From assembly GCA_963667565.1 (NCBI GenBank), contig OY763415.1:1280001-1344000 (forward strand): DNA of 64,000 nucleotides, read 5' to 3'. Made by a program: the position numbers and the translations under genes. This stretch comes from Acholeplasmataceae bacterium (GTDB taxonomy: Bacteria > Bacillota_I > Bacilli_A > Acholeplasmatales > Acholeplasmataceae). Numbering within the stretch: the first letter of the stretch is position 1; every line of letters begins with the position of its first letter. Positions 61,489-64,000 of this stretch are shown piece by piece. The notes beneath the pieces are model-generated. The model searched no databases. It saw only the letters and a list, made by a program, of their open reading frames with translations, and was not told where the DNA came from.

Positions 61489-61950
61489 TTATTCCTCCTT
61501 ATTGAGTGTACTTAAAATATCTAACACTGCTTCTTTAGTTGAAGCATTGAGTAAACCTTCTCTAAACTCTTCATCAATTAATTTTCTTGATAATGCTGCA
61601 AGTGTTTTTAAATGTAGGTCATCATTGGTGTTTGGTACTGCAATTAAAAAGAAAATAAATGCGGGTTCATCATCCATCGATTCAAAATCTATACCATTTT
61701 TACTTCTACCAAATACTAAAGATGCTTTTTTAACAACTTCAGTTTTAGCATGGGGTATCGCTATTCCAAAACCTACACCAGTTGAACTATGCGCTTCTCT
61801 TGCCATCGCTACATCGTATAATGTTTTAGGGTCATCAGTTATCTTGTTTTTTGCTAAAAGATCTACGAGTTCTTTAACAACTGCTGGTTTTGTTTGTGCT
61901 TGTAACTCTAAGTTGATTAAATCTTCATTGATTAATTCAACGATTTTCAT
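61489..61950 (-). CDS. PTS fructose EIIA
   Basis: RE...STG.G.GIAIPHA; HLKTLA.LSR. Confidence 0.93.
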   Translation of the reverse strand: MKIVELINEDLINLELQAQTKPAVVKELVDLLAKNKITDDPKTLYDVAMAREAHSSTGVGFGIAIPHAKTEVVKKASLVFGRSKNGIDFESMDDEPAFIFFLIAVPNTNDDLHLKTLAALSRKLIDEEFREGLLNASTKEAVLDILSTLNKEE

Positions 61951-62867
61951 ATATTAATCTCCTCTATTTCTACTTGACTTAGTATGTCATTGTATACTTT
62001 TAAATCAACAATTTCATTTCCAAAAGTAGTTGCTGATGCTGCTGCAACTGCTGATTTATAACAATCAACAAGTGATTGATTCTTTTCGTACGCTGCAATA
62101 AACCCTGCAACCATTGAATCACCTGCACCTACAGTATTTTTAACTTCTCCTGTTAAAGGTTTGGCTTTAAATACATGATATTTATTAATAAGTAGTGACC
62201 CATCTTTTCCCAAAGAAACAATCACATGTTTAGCACCAGCTTTAACGAGTGCTCTACCCGCATCAACAATATCTTCAAGTCTTTCTAGTTTCTTTAAGAC
62301 ATAAGTTTCTAATTCCAATAAATTAGGTTTCATTAATAGTGGTTTAAACTTTAAATATTCTGCCATATATTTGCTTGGTGTATCCATCACGATTTCGACT
62401 TGATGATCACTACAGTGTTTAGCAATCTTTTTATATAAGTCTGGTTGCCCTTTAGCACTACTGCCTCCACAAATTAAAATATCTTGTGGTTTTAATGTAT
62501 CAATATAATCTAATAAAGCTTGTGCTTCACTATCTTTTACTTCTACACCGTTATGATTGATTTCCGTTTCTTTATCATGGATAAGAATTTTAACGTTGAC
62601 CCTTGTGAGCGCATCAATCATAATAAAATGTGATTTTACATTGAGCTTTTGATCAATCACATCTTTAATGTAATGACCTGTGATGCCACCTAAAAAGCCA
62701 GTAGCAATACTTCCTATACCAAGTTTTTTCAAGCCGATTGAGACATTAATACCTTTCCCACCAACAAGAAAATCACCTTGATCAAATCGATTTAATTCTT
62801 CTAATTCTAGGTAATCCATTTTGATTTTGTAATCAATCGCTGGATTTAAGGTACATGTATAAATCAC
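61947..62867 (-). CDS. fruK: 1-phosphofructokinase
   Basis: T.TLNPAIDY, GGKGINVS, TRVNVK, KPN..EL, NTVGAGDSMVAGF. Confidence 0.92.
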   Translation of the reverse strand: MIYTCTLNPAIDYKIKMDYLELEELNRFDQGDFLVGGKGINVSIGLKKLGIGSIATGFLGGITGHYIKDVIDQKLNVKSHFIMIDALTRVNVKILIHDKETEINHNGVEVKDSEAQALLDYIDTLKPQDILICGGSSAKGQPDLYKKIAKHCSDHQVEIVMDTPSKYMAEYLKFKPLLMKPNLLELETYVLKKLERLEDIVDAGRALVKAGAKHVIVSLGKDGSLLINKYHVFKAKPLTGEVKNTVGAGDSMVAGFIAAYEKNQSLVDCYKSAVAAASATTFGNEIVDLKVYNDILSQVEIEEINI

Positions 62868-63565
62868 TTATTTTCACTCTTTTCATGAATCCATTTTGCG
62901 TCTTCTCGTCTTGCGAATGTATAAGAGGTTGTGACTCCATATTTTGAATAGTCAGCAACGACATATGCTTCTTTACTATGATTAATGACTAATTCTTTGA
63001 TTAAACCTTCTTTTTGATCTGGTGTTGAATACCCTTGTTCTGTCACACCATTTGAACCAACAAACGATTGATCAAAATGCACTTTCTTTAAATACTCAAC
63101 TGCAAATTCCCCAACGACTGCTTCAGTGACAGATTTAACTTCTCCACCTAAAATATAGACTGGTAATCCTTTTTTAGCGAGTTCTCCTGCAACATCAATA
63201 CCATTAGTAACAAATCTACAATTTTCACATTGAATAAATTGGATCATCTGTTTTGTTGTAGTACCAGCATCTAAATAAATAACTGAATGATTTCTAAGAA
63301 GTTGTGCAGCTTTTTTAGCAATCACTTTCTTTTCTTCTGCTTGCATTTTAGAACGTTGCTTTATTTGAATATCAATATCACTTTTATCACTAATAATGAC
63401 ACTACCATATAATTCTATGACAAGTCCTTTATCTGCAAGATCTTTAATATCTCTACGGATAGTTGATTGGCTTGCTTCAATAAATTCAGCAATATCAGAG
63501 ATTTGAACATCTTGATGTTCTTTTATGTAATTATAGATTAATGTTAGTCTTTTACTTTTTTGCAT
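62864..63565 (-). CDS. fruR: DeoR family fructose repressor
   Basis: S.STIRRD..L HTH; IYLDAGTT, VTNG, LGGE.K, FVG.NG, TPD..E; GAGGGG RBS before the ATG at 63565. Confidence 0.88.
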   Translation of the reverse strand: MQKSKRLTLIYNYIKEHQDVQISDIAEFIEASQSTIRRDIKDLADKGLVIELYGSVIISDKSDIDIQIKQRSKMQAEEKKVIAKKAAQLLRNHSVIYLDAGTTTKQMIQFIQCENCRFVTNGIDVAGELAKKGLPVYILGGEVKSVTEAVVGEFAVEYLKKVHFDQSFVGSNGVTEQGYSTPDQKEGLIKELVINHSKEAYVVADYSKYGVTTSYTFARREDAKWIHEKSENK

Positions 63566-63608
63566 TGTATCATTCCCCTCTTTACTCACACAGGAAGTGT
63601 TCGTATGG

Positions 63609-63666
63609 ATTATATCGCTATTTTCAAACTTTGTCAATCTTTTTCATATTTTTTCTGATTTTGTTC
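63609..63666 (-). promoter_or_regulatory. fru operon promoter with 10-bp periodic direct repeats
   Basis: Perfect TTGACA (63632-63637)-17-TATAAT (63609-63614); GAAAAAATAT/GAAAAAGATT/GACAAAGTTT/GAAAATAGCG phased across the -35. Confidence 0.8.
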
Positions 63667-63700
63667 GTGAACTAAAGAATAAATTTGTACATATAAACAT

Positions 63701-63726
63701 AAAAAAACTTTCCAAAAGGAAAGTTT
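63701..63726 (-). terminator. intrinsic terminator
   Basis: AAACTTTCC-TTTT-GGAAAGTTT followed by a T-tract on the minus strand. Confidence 0.75.
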
Positions 63727-63754
63727 AACTATTTGATATGATTATTTTAAATTG

Positions 63755-64000
63755 TCACGATATATGTGTATATTCTTTTTGAAACTTGTTCAATAAAAGA
63801 TAAATAGTTAAAGAAAGACAAAAACTTATACCAATAACATATGGTTCAAAAATTGAATATATTTCTATAAATGGATTAACATATTGAAAATCAATCGAGT
63901 TTATTTCGATAGGCGATGTAACTAAATAGATTACAATATAGACAATAGATAAAAACACTAACAAACTATAAATAACCTTTAATGCTTCGGGATTAGCTCT
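63755..64000 (-). CDS. 3' end of a membrane protein gene truncated by the window edge
   Basis: The frame stays open to 64000 (RANPEALKVIYSLLVFL...); two hydrophobic segments; terminator downstream. Confidence 0.65.
   Translation of the reverse strand, partial: RANPEALKVIYSLLVFLSIVYIVIYLVTSPIEINSIDFQYVNPFIEIYSIFEPYVIGISFCLSLTIYLLLNKFQKEYTHIS

Noticed and set aside
61184..61957. 257-aa plus-strand ORF
   Set aside because: Antisense shadow of the well-supported EIIA/EIIB genes; Ser/Ala-rich with no motifs.
1..64000. Genetic code 4 or TGA readthrough as an explanation for the split genes
   Set aside because: TGA ends several intact genes at normal positions, and both split genes change reading frame, so readthrough would not join them.

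Overview
Low-GC (roughly 30%) bacterial DNA. TGA is used as a stop and TGG as Trp (code 11). The lipoprotein-rich content and an RCC1/InlB-B-repeat surface protein suggest an Acholeplasmatales/Izemoplasmatales-type mollicute or a related Bacillota lineage (inference). The dominant feature is a roughly 33 kb carbohydrate locus (about 9.3-42.8 kb) for beta-1,2-glucan use. It encodes a GH94 1,2-beta-oligoglucan phosphorylase, a GH3 beta-glucosidase, two GH144 glucanases (one lipoprotein, one cytoplasmic) and two GH35 paralogs. It also has an unusually elaborate ABC importer: two multidomain SBPs, four permease domains (two of them fused), an NHL-TPR-Yip1 protein and a DUF5696-like protein. Co-oriented accessory enzymes include a Cys-type sulfatase-family enzyme with its radical-SAM maturase, an esterase, an oligo-1,6-glucosidase, an EEP phosphodiesterase and a TIM-barrel protein. 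My leading hypothesis is a system for scavenging decorated or cyclic periplasmic glucans. The local LacI repressor is split at an A6 run. Elsewhere are a DEAD-box helicase, a PadR/DUF1700/DUF4097 operon, an XRE-regulated NatAB-like ABC exporter, a PhaZ-like hydrolase, a tocopherol-cyclase/SnoaL/SDR/CrtI-like cluster, potABCD, a large surface protein frameshifted inside three 189-bp tandem repeats, and a self-contained fructose PTS operon. I saw no rRNA, tRNA, CRISPR array or transposase. All family calls come from motif recognition, not database searches.
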